Origin: an uncultured virus (IMG/VR IMGVR_UViG_3300021085_000021)
Taxonomy: Duplodnaviria > Heunggongvirae > Uroviricota > Caudoviricetes
Direction: 5' to 3' (one strand)
Length of the DNA stretch: 64,000 nt
IMG/VR virus record: IMGVR_UViG_3300021085_000021
The first letter of the stretch is position 1, and the number at the start of each line of letters is the position of its first letter. A model generated the notes under the pieces. That model made no database searches. It was not told the DNA's origin and saw only the letters and a list, made by a program, of their open reading frames with translations. The translations under genes and the position numbers were made by a program. Shown here one piece after another: positions 32,528 through 41,708 of the stretch.

Positions 32528-32715
32528 GCCTTTCGCATGATACACTTGTGAACTATTACAAAGTGAATTTTGCAATGATGCAACATCACAATTATAGTTT
32601 AACTGAATTAGAGAATATGCTACCATGGGAAAGGGAAATATACGTAACGCTATTACAGCAGTATATTAAAGAAGAGAACGAAAAACAAAAGGCACAGAAT
32701 AAAAGGTATAAATGA
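32515..32715 (+). CDS. gp51-like domain, probably expressed by -1 frameshift from gp26
   Basis: Not in ORF track; -1 frame reads FFYLGLSHDTLVNYYKVNFAMMQHHNYSLTELENMLPWEREIYVTLLQQYIKEENEKQKAQNKRYK; T TTT TTT at 32515-32521. Confidence 0.8.
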   Translation, partial: FFYLGLSHDTLVNYYKVNFAMMQHHNYSLTELENMLPWEREIYVTLLQQYIKEENEKQKAQNKRYK

Positions 32716-33038
32716 TGGAAGAAGAAATTAAAAACGCAGGATATCATCCCGCAGACACCAACGGAGACGGAAAGGTGACCAAAAGAGAACAGGATATGTA
32801 TCTCGAATTTAAACGTAAAGAGCTTGAAGATGCTGATGCAATGAGAGATGCACAAAGACAAATGGCTTGGTATTCACTATATGGAATGCTTCTTTACCCA
32901 GTATTAGTAATTGGCTCTAATGTAGTCGGTTATGAAAAGGCTGCTGATATTCTTGGCGATATGGCAGGAGTATATTTTATTGCTGTTGCTGGTATTGTTG
33001 CTGCATTCTTTGGTGCACAAGCAATGGGTAAGAAATAA
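32712..33038 (+). CDS. Small membrane protein with EF-hand-like loop (108 aa)
   Basis: DTNGDGKVTKRE then two hydrophobic helices. Confidence 0.75.
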   Translation: MMEEEIKNAGYHPADTNGDGKVTKREQDMYLEFKRKELEDADAMRDAQRQMAWYSLYGMLLYPVLVIGSNVVGYEKAADILGDMAGVYFIAVAGIVAAFFGAQAMGKK

Positions 33039-33160
33039 TGGAAGGTTTATCAGAGTTAAACAACCTAAGCTATTTTGATGGTTTAATGATTACCATTTGG
33101 TTAGGTTTAGTATATTATGGAAAGTGTTGGATAGATAATCGCTTTAATAATAAGGAATAG
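33038..33160 (+). CDS. Small membrane peptide (40 aa)
   Basis: MEGLSELNNLSYFDGLMITIWLGLVYYGKCWIDNRFNNKE; TAATG coupling, fills the gap. Confidence 0.55.
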   Translation: MEGLSELNNLSYFDGLMITIWLGLVYYGKCWIDNRFNNKE

Positions 33161-33164
33161 GTAA

Positions 33165-34901
33165 ATGGCAGAAGACACCACGAATAAGAACATAAAGGCC
33201 CTTTTGGAAAAGACAGAAGGTAGTACAAAACGCTCAGCTAAAAGAGAAGAAACTCTACTTGAAGCTGTTAAGCTTGGAAATAAGATTGAAGACTTAAATA
33301 GTCGTGGTGAATCTAGGAGAGCAGATGCTCTTCAAGGAACAATGGATGCAGTCCTTGCAACCCTAGAAAATAGCAATACATCTAAAGCTTTGGATAATAG
33401 ATTATCCGAAATGGTTAGTCTAAACGACCAAGCTAATAACATTCTAGAATCACAGAAGAATGCTATTGAAGGTGATGAAACAGTTAACTCATTAAAGAGA
33501 TTAACCGAAGAATTATCAGGTCAAAAAGATTTAATTGAATTACAGACTAAAGCACAAACTGATGGTAAAAAGGCTTTAAACAAATTGTCTATGACTACCG
33601 AAGCTGGTGACCCACTTCTTGATGAATTAAAATCTTCATTTACTAGTAGTCAAGATGCATTGGAAGCTGCTCTTGAAACCGGTGACCAACAACAAATCGA
33701 TTTAGCTCAAGCACAATTAGAAGCTGTTTTAAAAGGTATACTAACCGAAGAAGAAAGACGAGAAGCTCTAAAGAAACAAGAAGAGGCTAATTCTTTATTG
33801 TCTAATATGGCTGATAAGATTGAAAGTGGTGGAGGTAAAGTTGCAAAAACTGCTGGCTTCCTAGCTGGTATTGCAGGTATTGCCACACTATTCTTTTCAC
33901 CAGAAACATTTGGTGCTATTGTAAGAAAGGCTATTGATACTGTTGGTGCAATCGTTGATACAATCGATAAATTTATTAATGGCGATATGGAAGGAATGAG
34001 GAAAACTATTGATGAAAACTTTACATCGTTTTCTGTTATTCTAGGAAGTCTTGGATTAATGATATTACCTAAAGTTTTAAGAGCTATAAGATTCTTAAAG
34101 AATGGATTTATGGCATTTAGAACATTCATGATATCAGACTTTGTTGCTAACATGATGGCAAATCTAAAATCAATGATGGCATCAGTTGGTGGTGCATTCA
34201 TGAAAGTATTCAGAGGTTTAGTTACCCTGACCAAAGTATTTAGAGTATTCATGATGACCACATTTATACCTAGTATGACGGCTGCATTTAGTGGTATGAT
34301 GGCTGCAATGGTTCCAATTATCGCGGCAATGGCTCCAATATTAGTACCAATCCTAGCTATTATGGCATTAGTTGGTGGTTTATACCTTGGATTTAAAGCG
34401 TTACAGGATTCATTAGGACCAGGCGCAAGTATTATGGACACTCTAAAAGTTGCAATGTTATATTTCGTTGACTTCTTAGCAATGATTGTTAACGGCATTA
34501 CCTTTATACCTAGAAAGATGATAAGTTTCTTAGGTAAGAGAGCTGCTAAGTGGATATTAGGAGATGATTTCGACACATCAGCATTGGATGCTATAGGTGA
34601 GGGCCTTGATACAGGAAGAGGTAAAAGAGCAGCTGAAGAAATTAGATTGAAAAATGAAGAAGCAGCTATGCAAAAAGAGCAAGAAGAGCTTCGACAAAAA
34701 GACCAAGAGAATCTAACTGGTGCAGATATTCCAGATATATCTACAGAAAATGCATTAGCTCAAGTAGAGGTTAAACAGAATCCAGTTGTAGTTTCAAATC
34801 AACAAAGTAGTAACGTAAATAACTCATCAAGTGTAACATCAAATATTATATCAGGTAGACCTTTAAGAACTTCCGGCCTACAATTATCATTCTCAAGATA
34901 A
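33165..34901 (+). CDS. Tape-measure-like protein (gp29-like position, 578 aa)
   Basis: Coiled-coil N-terminus, amphipathic/hydrophobic Met-rich middle, follows the tail chaperone genes. Confidence 0.65.
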   Translation: MAEDTTNKNIKALLEKTEGSTKRSAKREETLLEAVKLGNKIEDLNSRGESRRADALQGTMDAVLATLENSNTSKALDNRLSEMVSLNDQANNILESQKNAIEGDETVNSLKRLTEELSGQKDLIELQTKAQTDGKKALNKLSMTTEAGDPLLDELKSSFTSSQDALEAALETGDQQQIDLAQAQLEAVLKGILTEEERREALKKQEEANSLLSNMADKIESGGGKVAKTAGFLAGIAGIATLFFSPETFGAIVRKAIDTVGAIVDTIDKFINGDMEGMRKTIDENFTSFSVILGSLGLMILPKVLRAIRFLKNGFMAFRTFMISDFVANMMANLKSMMASVGGAFMKVFRGLVTLTKVFRVFMMTTFIPSMTAAFSGMMAAMVPIIAAMAPILVPILAIMALVGGLYLGFKALQDSLGPGASIMDTLKVAMLYFVDFLAMIVNGITFIPRKMISFLGKRAAKWILGDDFDTSALDAIGEGLDTGRGKRAAEEIRLKNEEAAMQKEQEELRQKDQENLTGADIPDISTENALAQVEVKQNPVVVSNQQSSNVNNSSSVTSNIISGRPLRTSGLQLSFSR

Positions 34902-34925
34902 AAAAAGGGAGCATTTCTGCTCCCT
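34900..34925 (-). terminator. Rho-independent terminator of gp32
   Basis: AGGGAGCA-GAAA-TGCTCCCT followed by a T run on the minus strand, between convergent genes. Confidence 0.9.
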
Positions 34926-34965
34926 CTAAAATTTTCGTATCATCGAAACGAATCAGCTACTAATT

Positions 34966-35868
34966 TTATTCCTTTGCTAGCTTGGCAAAGTAGCTTAATG
35001 TGTCTTCATCATCACCATCATCAGACGCTGTATTAGCCATGGGCTCTGAAGCGGCTGCTGCCATTGGTTGTTCAACTACAGGAGCTGATTCCATTGGGGC
35101 ATCCATTGACACACCGGCGTCGACACCGAGAACTCTATTCAATTTGAGCTTTAACTCATCATAAGTTTTATAGTTCTCTGGCTTCAAGAAATCCTGTAAA
35201 GAATATAATTGGTTATATACTCCCTCTAGTCTTTCCTCTTCGCCTTCATATAGTGCTTTAGGTGCAGCAAACTCTGACTTATCATAGTTTACCCAACCTT
35301 CGACCTTTCTGATTTTAATCTTAAAGTCGGCACCTTCCCAAAAATCGTAAGGATTCACTGGCTCTTCATCGGCAAATTGTGGTTGCATAACATCCATAAT
35401 TTTGTCAAAGATTTTCTTACCAAACTTATATAGTTTGACCTTACCTTCATTTTCAGGGTTTGCTGGGTCAGAAACGATTAACACGTTTGACACATAATGT
35501 AATCTACGCTTTCTGTCCCTTGCAGTTGCTTTATCCTCGTCCCTTCCAGAGTTCCATAACACAGTATTCATTTCTGACACTGGGTCTTGCTCACCGATAG
35601 AGGTTAAAGAGTTTTCTATATACCATAGACCTGTAGGCCCCTTGAACCCGTGGTCCCAATATCTTACCCATGGTAGGTCTTCACCTTCCGTGGCAGGTAA
35701 GAATCTTACGACTGCGAATCCGTTGCCAGCTTTATCTCTGGTAGGTTTCCAAAATCTGTCATCTTCGTAAGAAGAGCTCTCAGTTTTTGGTGTGGATACT
35801 GCTTCTGCAGCTTTGACGAGTTTGTCAATAGACGAGCCTCGTGTGCTCTTTAGATTTTCAAACGACAT
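34966..35868 (-). CDS. gp32: Single-stranded DNA-binding protein gp32
   Basis: DDRFWKP..DKAGNG.AVVRFLP, WYIENSLTS, YKFGKKIFDK, acidic tail LSYFAKLA. Confidence 0.95.
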   Translation of the reverse strand: MSFENLKSTRGSSIDKLVKAAEAVSTPKTESSSYEDDRFWKPTRDKAGNGFAVVRFLPATEGEDLPWVRYWDHGFKGPTGLWYIENSLTSIGEQDPVSEMNTVLWNSGRDEDKATARDRKRRLHYVSNVLIVSDPANPENEGKVKLYKFGKKIFDKIMDVMQPQFADEEPVNPYDFWEGADFKIKIRKVEGWVNYDKSEFAAPKALYEGEEERLEGVYNQLYSLQDFLKPENYKTYDELKLKLNRVLGVDAGVSMDAPMESAPVVEQPMAAAASEPMANTASDDGDDEDTLSYFAKLAKE

Positions 35869-35929
35869 AGTATTTCTCCGTATTGCGTTGTATTACTGAA
35901 TTATCCACTTTATACATTATATAGGTTAT

Positions 35930-35958
35930 ATTATACCATACTTTCATGGTTTTGTAAA
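35930..35958 (-). promoter_or_regulatory. sigma70-type promoter for gp32
   Basis: TTTACA-17 nt-TATAAT with extended TG. Confidence 0.75.
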
Positions 35959-36528
35959 GGCCTTTTTGCAAATAAGTTTGATTTTATTTGCATCGAACTT
36001 TACGAATGGTGTATACTTCTCGATTAGTCTTTTCTGGTCAGGCCAAATAATAGTGTCCTTAATCTTCTTAGACTCTCGAGGAATAAACCCCAATATGGAA
36101 TTAAGAATAACTACTGTTTCCAATAGTATTTCTTCTTGCATCCATAACTTTATGATTAGAGGATGTTGTCCATCTTCTGAAATAAGAAGTTGTTCTAAAT
36201 CATAATCACATAGTTTATTTATATCCACTTCAAAGGTTCGATGAATACTTTCTTGAACTTTTTTGAAGTGTTTAAAATTCTGTTCTGCTTCTGAATCTAA
36301 CATATCACCTACGTATTTGCCATTATTAACAAATTGTGATACATAAAAATCCATTAGATTACCATTATATTTTTTCGCTAACTTAGCAAAGAAATATTTA
36401 TCCTTACGCTTTAAAAACGAATTGGTAGTTACATTAGACTTAAAGTTATATTTCACTGCATCATAATTAGATTCGAAATGCAACTTTAAAGCATTGTATA
36501 ACTTATATGACTCAAATGGGTCATTCAT
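35944..36528 (-). CDS. gp59: Helicase loader gp59
   Basis: Y.ALKLHF..YD..KY, KRKDKYFFAKLA, LETVVIL, KYTPF. Confidence 0.88.
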   Translation of the reverse strand: MNDPFESYKLYNALKLHFESNYDAVKYNFKSNVTTNSFLKRKDKYFFAKLAKKYNGNLMDFYVSQFVNNGKYVGDMLDSEAEQNFKHFKKVQESIHRTFEVDINKLCDYDLEQLLISEDGQHPLIIKLWMQEEILLETVVILNSILGFIPRESKKIKDTIIWPDQKRLIEKYTPFVKFDANKIKLICKKAFTKP

Positions 36529-36761
36529 ACTGGTAAGCTATTCTTTTTCTTTTGTTTAATTAAATTTTTTGAAGTAACTTGAGCTTCTAGTTTTTCTTTT
36601 AATGAATCAGTAAGAAGTTTTGGTACGTTTCTCATATCCAATCCTCTTTTATCCACTATATAAACCATTGCATCAAGGTAATCCATATCGGTTCTTTTTG
36701 AGACTAATTCTTCTACAGCTGTAGAGAATCTTTTCTTAGTCATTATTTTTTCTTCAAGCAT
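36525..36761 (-). CDS. gp33: Late transcription coactivator gp33
   Basis: FS..VE.LV....YLDA, LKEKLEA..KNL...LPV; upstream of gp59. Confidence 0.8.
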   Translation of the reverse strand: MLEEKIMTKKRFSTAVEELVSKRTDMDYLDAMVYIVDKRGLDMRNVPKLLTDSLKEKLEAQVTSKNLIKQKKKNSLPV

Positions 36762-36765
36762 AATC

Positions 36766-37923
36766 CTATAGTACCCTCAGCAGAATTGTATCAGCGTTAA
36801 TCCTACCATTTGGCACACTTTGTTTTGTAGTTAATTTATCCCACACCTGTTTCTGAATTTTAGTAGGTGCGAGGGTGAGTACATTGGGTAACACATCTTC
36901 TGGTTTTCTAAGCTTTGTGGTTTTAGATAGCTTATCGTCAAAGTTTTTAATTGATGTACCTTTTACTTCAAACCCTGTTGTGCTTACAGAATAATACTCT
37001 GTCAGCTTTCTAGTTTTAGTGTTATAGGTAAATAACCTTTCCTTACCAGGAATCATAACTGGATTGATTGATGTTAGTTTTGCCTCAACATCATCAGTTT
37101 TATATTGGAGCTTGGCGACTTGTTCGTCTGATGCTTTTCTCTTTTTGGCCCTAGGAACTCTAGCTGATTTGGCATTTAATTTTGCCCTTGCTACGTCCTC
37201 CAGGATTTTTTCTAGGAGTGTCATCATTTTCTTTTTATTGCCCTTAGAGATATGTGAATAAGCTTCTACAGCCTGCTCACATGTTTTATTATAGGCATCA
37301 GACACCAAGTCTAGCTCAAATTGAATTCTATCTGCGAATATATTTACACCCGCACCTTTGATTTTATGCATTTGTAGTAATGAATAAGCTGGAAATTTAA
37401 TCTTATCGTATTCACCTTCGAACCATTTATCAATTACCATTTCATCAAAGTCTACCCAAATAGTATCGAGTACTTTCTTTTGCATTCTTTGACGAGGTGT
37501 AATGACAACTGCCGGTGCAGTTGCTTTTTTCTCTATAACAATAGACTTACCAATCTTTAGACATTCTCTTAAATGTCTTTCAATTCTTTGTGGAATAGTT
37601 TCGTCTGAGGTTGTTGGCATATCATCGAGTGGAATACCTGCGTTGAAGCATCGTATGTTATTACCCGTGCCTTGATTGAGTCTCCAGTTTTCTACTTTCT
37701 TTAAAGCTACAATATCTTTCTTAGAAAATCCTAATACCTTTTCGGCATAGATTAGAATAACTGGTGCGTTTGTTTTTGCGTTATTGTAATAGTTAAAATA
37801 ACGAGTTGACGATGAAAATGCTTTGGATAGTTCTTCACCTTTTAACTCTTGACCATGATAATTTGGTTCACTGCCAAGATACTTATCTTCGAGGGATGGA
37901 CCTCTGCGTTTAGCTTTTGCCAT
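36766..37923 (-). CDS. Conserved hypothetical T4-like protein (385 aa)
   Basis: Long ORF with AGGAG RBS; YNTKTRKL..G.EVKGTS..KLRKP..NGRIN.DTILLRV C-terminal domain. Confidence 0.8.
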   Translation of the reverse strand: MAKAKRRGPSLEDKYLGSEPNYHGQELKGEELSKAFSSSTRYFNYYNNAKTNAPVILIYAEKVLGFSKKDIVALKKVENWRLNQGTGNNIRCFNAGIPLDDMPTTSDETIPQRIERHLRECLKIGKSIVIEKKATAPAVVITPRQRMQKKVLDTIWVDFDEMVIDKWFEGEYDKIKFPAYSLLQMHKIKGAGVNIFADRIQFELDLVSDAYNKTCEQAVEAYSHISKGNKKKMMTLLEKILEDVARAKLNAKSARVPRAKKRKASDEQVAKLQYKTDDVEAKLTSINPVMIPGKERLFTYNTKTRKLTEYYSVSTTGFEVKGTSIKNFDDKLSKTTKLRKPEDVLPNVLTLAPTKIQKQVWDKLTTKQSVPNGRINADTILLRVL

Positions 37924-37948
37924 AATATACTCCTATAATATAAAATCT

Positions 37949-37984
37949 ATTATACCAGGATTAGGTTCAAATGTACAGTGTTTT
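37949..37984 (-). promoter_or_regulatory. Early-type promoter AAAACAC-TGTACA-17-TATAAT
   Basis: One of seven copies with an exact 17-nt spacer. Confidence 0.85.
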
Positions 37985-38318
37985 ATTCAGTTGGACCGTA
38001 TTTAGTTTGATGAGTTTCGGTTGTACCACCATAATTTGGTACGAATTCTCCTCTCTCATTCAATTTTCCTGGTAAGGGTTTGTCAGAAACTTGGCTTAAC
38101 CATGAATCTCTATGTGATTCTGTTGTTTCTAAACTTTCGCCTGGGTACCAATCAACGCCTAAATTAAAGTGGTCTTGTACATATAAGACACCGTATACTA
38201 ATTTAGGTATAGCGTATTCATCGATATGACTTACTACGACCCCTTGATATCTACCTTTTACATCCTTAGATATAAATGTATAATCATTGTCTTTCAAATA
38301 GCTGTTTAGGTATTCCAT
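37983..38318 (-). CDS. Hypothetical protein (111 aa)
   Basis: GAGGAG RBS and late promoter at 38338-38345. Confidence 0.7.
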   Translation of the reverse strand: MEYLNSYLKDNDYTFISKDVKGRYQGVVVSHIDEYAIPKLVYGVLYVQDHFNLGVDWYPGESLETTESHRDSWLSQVSDKPLPGKLNERGEFVPNYGGTTETHQTKYGPTE

Positions 38319-38347
38319 ATATACTCCTCTATTAAACTATTTATAAG

Positions 38348-39763
38348 TTAAATCTTTTCACCAGGCTTTGAACCTCTCCAACCTTTGAACCTTGGGAACC
38401 TTATACTATGCTTTCCATCAATCATTTCAGTAACACAGTCACCTCTAACTTCAGCAATTAATCCCATGTATTTATCTTTATTGTCCCAGATTTCTTGTCT
38501 TTGTTCGTCAGTAAATCCTGAGCCAACATTAGTATTAATAAGTTGACCTGTATCTATTCCTTCACAAACTAAATTACCTAACCTTCCTTCATTTTTTCCA
38601 GTACCTTCGACGATATCTATAACAGCTAATGATTTTTCTACAAATGGCTTAATCTTTAACCAATCGTTACTTCGAGTAGCTCTCCATAATGAATTTCTAT
38701 CCTTTACAATGATTCCTTCAAACTGATATTTTACAGCTTCGGTTGTATAGTAATGTAATGATTTTGCGGCTTGGCCTTCACCATCTTCTTGTTTTAAATT
38801 GACTTCATTATAATCTATAAGCTGTATTTGTTCTGCCCAAAAGAAGTCTGGTAATTCTCTAGTCAATTCAGTTAATTGTAATTTTCTTTCAATTAATGTT
38901 TTAGTACTTTCGCCTTTAATGAATTCGTCAAAAGGTATAACATCAAAGATTGCATAATAAATATCCTTTACTTCTATTTCATATTTCTTATGTAATAAAT
39001 GCATTAACTCTTGAAAGGTTGTACTCATTAATTCGCCATCAAAGACTAATCCTTGAAGTTCTGGTACATTTAAAATATTGTGTACTTCATCAGGAATTAC
39101 TTTAGGGTTAATCTCTTTACCATTTCTTGTATAGTAAGTTACTTTATTTTTATTCACAACTGCAAGACATCTAACGCCATCGTATTTATTTTCAATAATG
39201 GAATCACCCATTAAATGTTCTTTACCTGTGCCATCGCTGGCTAATTGTACACCGAATGTTTTAATTAGATTGCCTCCATAAGCTTTATTAATTGTTTTTG
39301 CAGTAATACCACATTTCAAATCTTTGAGTAGGATTCTGCGATACCAATAGTTCCATTCATCTACACCTTTAGTATTCATTAACATAAATTCAACTAAGTC
39401 TTTAGCTGCATTACCAGTTACATGTCTACTTCTTAATGACTTTAAAACTACCAACTCAAAATCAGCATAAGCCATATACTTTGGCAATGCCATGGCTACT
39501 TGGTCATACATTTCATCACCACCTGTTGAAAAACTCGACCCTCTAATTTGTTGGTGAGCTACTTCTGTAGGTAATGGACACTCCTCAAGTTTCTCTGGTA
39601 TTTGTTTTATACCATAAGTTACATAAGGGTCATAACATGCAATTAAACCATACTTAAATTCATGATTTCTATTTTGAGATTTTAGAATTTCTATCTTATC
39701 GTTTCTACCTGGTGTTTCTTCTAGTAGTTTAATAACTTCCCAGGGTTTCATTTCTTTTTCCAT
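38348..39763 (-). CDS. gp30: ATP-dependent DNA ligase (gp30)
   Basis: KYDGVR adenylation motif, DGEL, EGIIVK, WLKIK, VGSGF, RFPRF. Confidence 0.95.
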   Translation of the reverse strand: MEKEMKPWEVIKLLEETPGRNDKIEILKSQNRNHEFKYGLIACYDPYVTYGIKQIPEKLEECPLPTEVAHQQIRGSSFSTGGDEMYDQVAMALPKYMAYADFELVVLKSLRSRHVTGNAAKDLVEFMLMNTKGVDEWNYWYRRILLKDLKCGITAKTINKAYGGNLIKTFGVQLASDGTGKEHLMGDSIIENKYDGVRCLAVVNKNKVTYYTRNGKEINPKVIPDEVHNILNVPELQGLVFDGELMSTTFQELMHLLHKKYEIEVKDIYYAIFDVIPFDEFIKGESTKTLIERKLQLTELTRELPDFFWAEQIQLIDYNEVNLKQEDGEGQAAKSLHYYTTEAVKYQFEGIIVKDRNSLWRATRSNDWLKIKPFVEKSLAVIDIVEGTGKNEGRLGNLVCEGIDTGQLINTNVGSGFTDEQRQEIWDNKDKYMGLIAEVRGDCVTEMIDGKHSIRFPRFKGWRGSKPGEKI

Positions 39764-39774
39764 ATTTTTTTTCC

Positions 39775-39823
39775 AATAAAAGTCCCCGGCCCAAGTTCAA
39801 AGGAGTGAATGAAGGGCCGGGGA
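39775..39823 (-). terminator. GC-rich hairpin terminator with 21-nt loop
   Basis: Perfect 10-bp stem 39783-39792 / 39814-39823 followed on the minus strand by CTTTTTATT. Confidence 0.75.
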
Positions 39824-39828
39824 TAAAA

Positions 39829-40047
39829 CTACTCCACTAAGGCTTTAGACAAGTCTTGAGTTGGTATAGTTTTAATTCCTAAAACATAATTTTCTGCCGC
39901 GCTTTCCGCATAGGCTTCGGATTTTCCAACGTACCACTCTGTTAAAGGAGTGTCGTTGTTTCTGAAGTATTTTACTCCATATCCACTATTCTTTTCGTAT
40001 ACTACTTGAGCTTTTTGCTCTTGATTTGAATATTCAGATAGTATCAT
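39829..40047 (-). CDS. Conserved hypothetical protein (72 aa)
   Basis: KSE.YAE.AAENYVLG motif. Confidence 0.75.
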   Translation of the reverse strand: MILSEYSNQEQKAQVVYEKNSGYGVKYFRNNDTPLTEWYVGKSEAYAESAAENYVLGIKTIPTQDLSKALVE

Positions 40048-40184
40048 GTGTTATCTCCGTCTTTATATTTGATTTTTGATTTATCAAATAAGGATTGACC
40101 TTTTTCATTCGCTACACATTCACTAGATGCGATTGCGAAGAGTCCTGTCAGTCCGACAATTATTATTATTCCTAAAGTTTCCAT
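40044..40184 (-). CDS. Small membrane protein (46 aa)
   Basis: METLGIIIIVGLTGLFAIASSECVANEKGQSLFDKSKIKYKDGDNT; late promoter 40190-40197 5 nt upstream; ATGA overlap with next gene. Confidence 0.65.
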   Translation of the reverse strand: METLGIIIIVGLTGLFAIASSECVANEKGQSLFDKSKIKYKDGDNT

Positions 40185-40199
40185 AATATTATTTATATA

Positions 40200-40523
40200 T
40201 CATTTACCGATATGTTCCACGTCCTTTCGTGGGATTACTTGGTATGCACCTTTGTTATATGCCGGTGCAACCGTAAAGTTTTTTGATTCCTCAGCTTTCC
40301 AAGATTGGTCTTTTTGAGGTGTGTATACAGATGCCATATCCATTGATGGATATTTAGACCTATGGTCTTCTGACCTCTGTTGAGCAAACGTCTTTTCTAA
40401 ATGTAAAGGTTTGAACTCTGAAATGTTTGGTTTACGCTTTTTAGAATTAAGAGCATGTTTCTTTCTTTTACGCCCGTGAATATCATATCGTAAACTACCT
40501 GTATAAAAACTAGTTACTGCCAT
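40200..40523 (-). CDS. Conserved hypothetical protein (107 aa)
   Basis: VAPAYNKGAYQ motif. Confidence 0.75.
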   Translation of the reverse strand: MAVTSFYTGSLRYDIHGRKRKKHALNSKKRKPNISEFKPLHLEKTFAQQRSEDHRSKYPSMDMASVYTPQKDQSWKAEESKNFTVAPAYNKGAYQVIPRKDVEHIGK

Positions 40524-40792
40524 TAGTTATACCTCGTGTATGAGTCAAGTAACGCATCACCTGTAAGCTTTGTTCCAAAGGTATGAATCACTTCGCCATT
40601 TTGATGTCTTACAATTACGCCACTATTATACTCTACGTCAGTAACACCTTTGCCATCTGCTGTATCTTCTGGCCTGTTATCATAGTACATAGAATCAAGT
40701 GAATGTGCATGAATAACTTTTACCTTTTCTGCCCAATCAGTAGCTTCATTAATCAATCTTTGTCTTTCTACGACATCATAATATTGTGTCAT
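40523..40792 (-). CDS. Hypothetical protein (89 aa)
   Basis: Coupled ORF in early cluster. Confidence 0.7.
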   Translation of the reverse strand: MTQYYDVVERQRLINEATDWAEKVKVIHAHSLDSMYYDNRPEDTADGKGVTDVEYNSGVIVRHQNGEVIHTFGTKLTGDALLDSYTRYN

Positions 40793-40932
40793 TGAATAAC
40801 TCCGTTTGGCCTAGATTTAATATTTTCTAAAAGCTCAGTTAATTTATCCGTCCAAAGTTTTTTGAACTCTGGTGATTGTGCTCTATCTCTTACTGATAAG
40901 AGAGATTCAATCCTACGAACATCAGTCGTCAT
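40789..40932 (-). CDS. Hypothetical protein (47 aa)
   Basis: Start reassigned to MTTDVRR; ATGA overlap with next gene. Confidence 0.6.
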   Translation of the reverse strand: MTTDVRRIESLLSVRDRAQSPEFKKLWTDKLTELLENIKSRPNGVIQ

Positions 40933-40936
40933 TTGA

Positions 40937-41152
40937 TTAGTCCCAATCATTTGTGCTCCTATAGTTGTCCATATAAGAAGAACCTGCAAGAAAGTCTTGA
41001 GTCTCCTTATCGGTATAATACATATTTTCTTCTGAAAAACATTCCAATTGGCCAGCTGATAGATGTTTTGCTTTCTTTACAGCTTCCGTAAGTTTATTGT
41101 TACGCTTTTGAGCAACCTTTTTAATTAGAGCTAAACGTTGTTTACTAGTCAT
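40937..41152 (-). CDS. Hypothetical protein (71 aa)
   Basis: TAATG-coupled ORF with GAGG RBS. Confidence 0.65.
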   Translation of the reverse strand: MTSKQRLALIKKVAQKRNNKLTEAVKKAKHLSAGQLECFSEENMYYTDKETQDFLAGSSYMDNYRSTNDWD

Positions 41153-41634
41153 TATGCCACCTCTCTTGCATTAAAGTATTCACCGAGCTCAGACTCAGTG
41201 AGAATGTCGCCATCTTCCATGAGGAAAGTAGCTTTGTAATCTTTACGTTCCTGACCCTCGACCATTGTCCAGGCCTCAGTCTTTTCAAGGATTTCTTTAC
41301 GCATCCAACCATCTTGACGATTGTCGATGTTACGAATAGCTTTAATACTGCCGTCAGCATTGCCACCAACAAAAACCTCAGTGATGGTATCCCACGCATT
41401 GATGTGGTTAGCCACTGGGTTATCGAGGGAAATGTCTTCCCAACCAAGGATGTATTCCTTCTGCATAACAGTAGAAACCTCGAGGAATGGCTTAAGGCCA
41501 TTGACCAAATCAATGGTATTTACATCGTCAGATGCATGCACCAAGTAATCTGAGCCACCCTTGAACTTCCAATACGGCTCATCTGGTGTGCCATAATTCT
41601 CTTGGTATTGTGTTTGTATTAGTACTTTTTTCAT
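41152..41634 (-). CDS. Early hypothetical protein (160 aa)
   Basis: TQYQENYG...YWKFKGG motif; AAGGAG RBS; first gene after an early promoter. Confidence 0.8.
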   Translation of the reverse strand: MKKVLIQTQYQENYGTPDEPYWKFKGGSDYLVHASDDVNTIDLVNGLKPFLEVSTVMQKEYILGWEDISLDNPVANHINAWDTITEVFVGGNADGSIKAIRNIDNRQDGWMRKEILEKTEAWTMVEGQERKDYKATFLMEDGDILTESELGEYFNAREVA

Positions 41635-41666
41635 AAATTCACTCCTTAATTTGATTTTATAGTTCT

Positions 41667-41704
41667 ATTATACCAGGTCTTTGACCATTTGTACAGTGTT
41701 TTTT
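41667..41704 (-). promoter_or_regulatory. Early-type promoter AAAACAC-TGTACA-17-TATAAT
   Basis: Conserved motif with extended TG. Confidence 0.85.
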
Positions 41705-41708
41705 GCAA

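Noticed and set aside
33707..34576. 289-aa minus-strand ORF
   Set aside because: Antisense to the tape-measure-like gene; no independent signals
41145..41513. 122-aa alternative-frame ORF
   Set aside because: Nested in the 160-aa gene, which has the RBS, promoter and recognisable motif
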